A stretch of DNA of 62,935 bases, the filler included, from Parasitella parasitica NRRL 2501 (Eukaryota > Fungi > Mucoromycota): NCBI GenBank assembly GCA_025201805.1. It is 4 parts of 4 records of this genome, joined end to end, with 100 filler letters (N's around TTAATTAATTAA, not from the genome) between each part and the next. Parts side by side here need not be neighbours in the genome. Positions count along the whole stretch, not along the records: positions 38,848 to 62,935 come from MU619338.1; 3 more parts are not named here. One strand, given 5' to 3'. Shown here piece by piece: positions 62,693 through 62,935 of this stretch. A program made the translations under genes and the position numbers. Below the pieces are notes generated by a model. That model did no database searches and had not been told where the DNA came from. It saw nothing but the letters and a program-made list of their open reading frames with translations. Every line of letters starts with the position of its first letter. Positions within the stretch are counted from its first letter, which is position 1.

Positions 62693-62836
62693 AAAGGGCG
62701 GTTTTTTAAATAAAAGGGCGGTTTTTAAAATTCTCAATAGGCGGATTTTTTTTTTCCAAAGGGCGGTTTTTGTTTTCTCAAAAGGCGGTTACAATTTTCT
62801 CAAAAGGCGGTTACTGTTTTCTCAAAAGGCGGTCTC
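62693..62836. repeat. Array of seven GGCGG motifs with ~22-bp period; probable DNA-transposon terminus
   Basis: GGCGG at 62697, 62717, 62740, 62762, 62784, 62806, 62828; consensus TTTTCTCAAAAGGCGGTT; ends abruptly at GGTCTC. Confidence 0.7.
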
Positions 62837-62935
62837 TTCAATCCTCAGTAGATATTTTTTACAGTTGTTTGTGACATTTTATTAGATAGGATTGCCTTTT
62901 AAGCAATCTTCAAATATGTTTACCGAATGTTGTAC

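Noticed and set aside
62693-62836. CRISPR-like or telomeric array
   Set aside because: Units too short, no unique spacers, no cas genes, eukaryotic context, and not at a sequence end.

Overview
AT-rich, intron-containing fungal DNA, most consistent with a Mucorales draft scaffold (inferred from gene content, short GT-AG introns and TE families). It has many N gaps; three of them carry an artificial TTAATTAATTAA linker, so contiguity across those three is not guaranteed. The first ~21 kb is a cluster of nested, decayed transposons. A hAT element has its helically phased subterminal repeat array split by a ~4.4-kb Crypton (tyrosine-recombinase transposon), which was itself hit by two LTR insertions. 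There are two Tc1/mariner elements, one holding a solo LTR inside a solo LTR, several ends of a CACTATG-terminated element, and a near-identical inverted duplication whose two arms each begin exactly at a tRNA-Gln(UUG) gene. From ~22 to 61 kb the window is mostly host genes: MedA-like and HSF-domain transcription factors, SRP54, an OSBP pseudogene, a gag remnant, RXT2-like, Red1/ZFC3H1-like, GEP4, TSC10, COX19, a WRN-type exonuclease, an Ariadne RBR ligase, GPI1, a T5orf172 protein and PUT1. Several of these genes are packed with tiny or negative spacing. The window ends in a probable TE terminus with a 22-bp-period array. The best candidates for something undescribed are the Crypton-in-hAT-array structure and the tRNA-capped inverted duplication; both need genome-wide checks. 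Family assignments come from motif recognition by eye, not from database searches.
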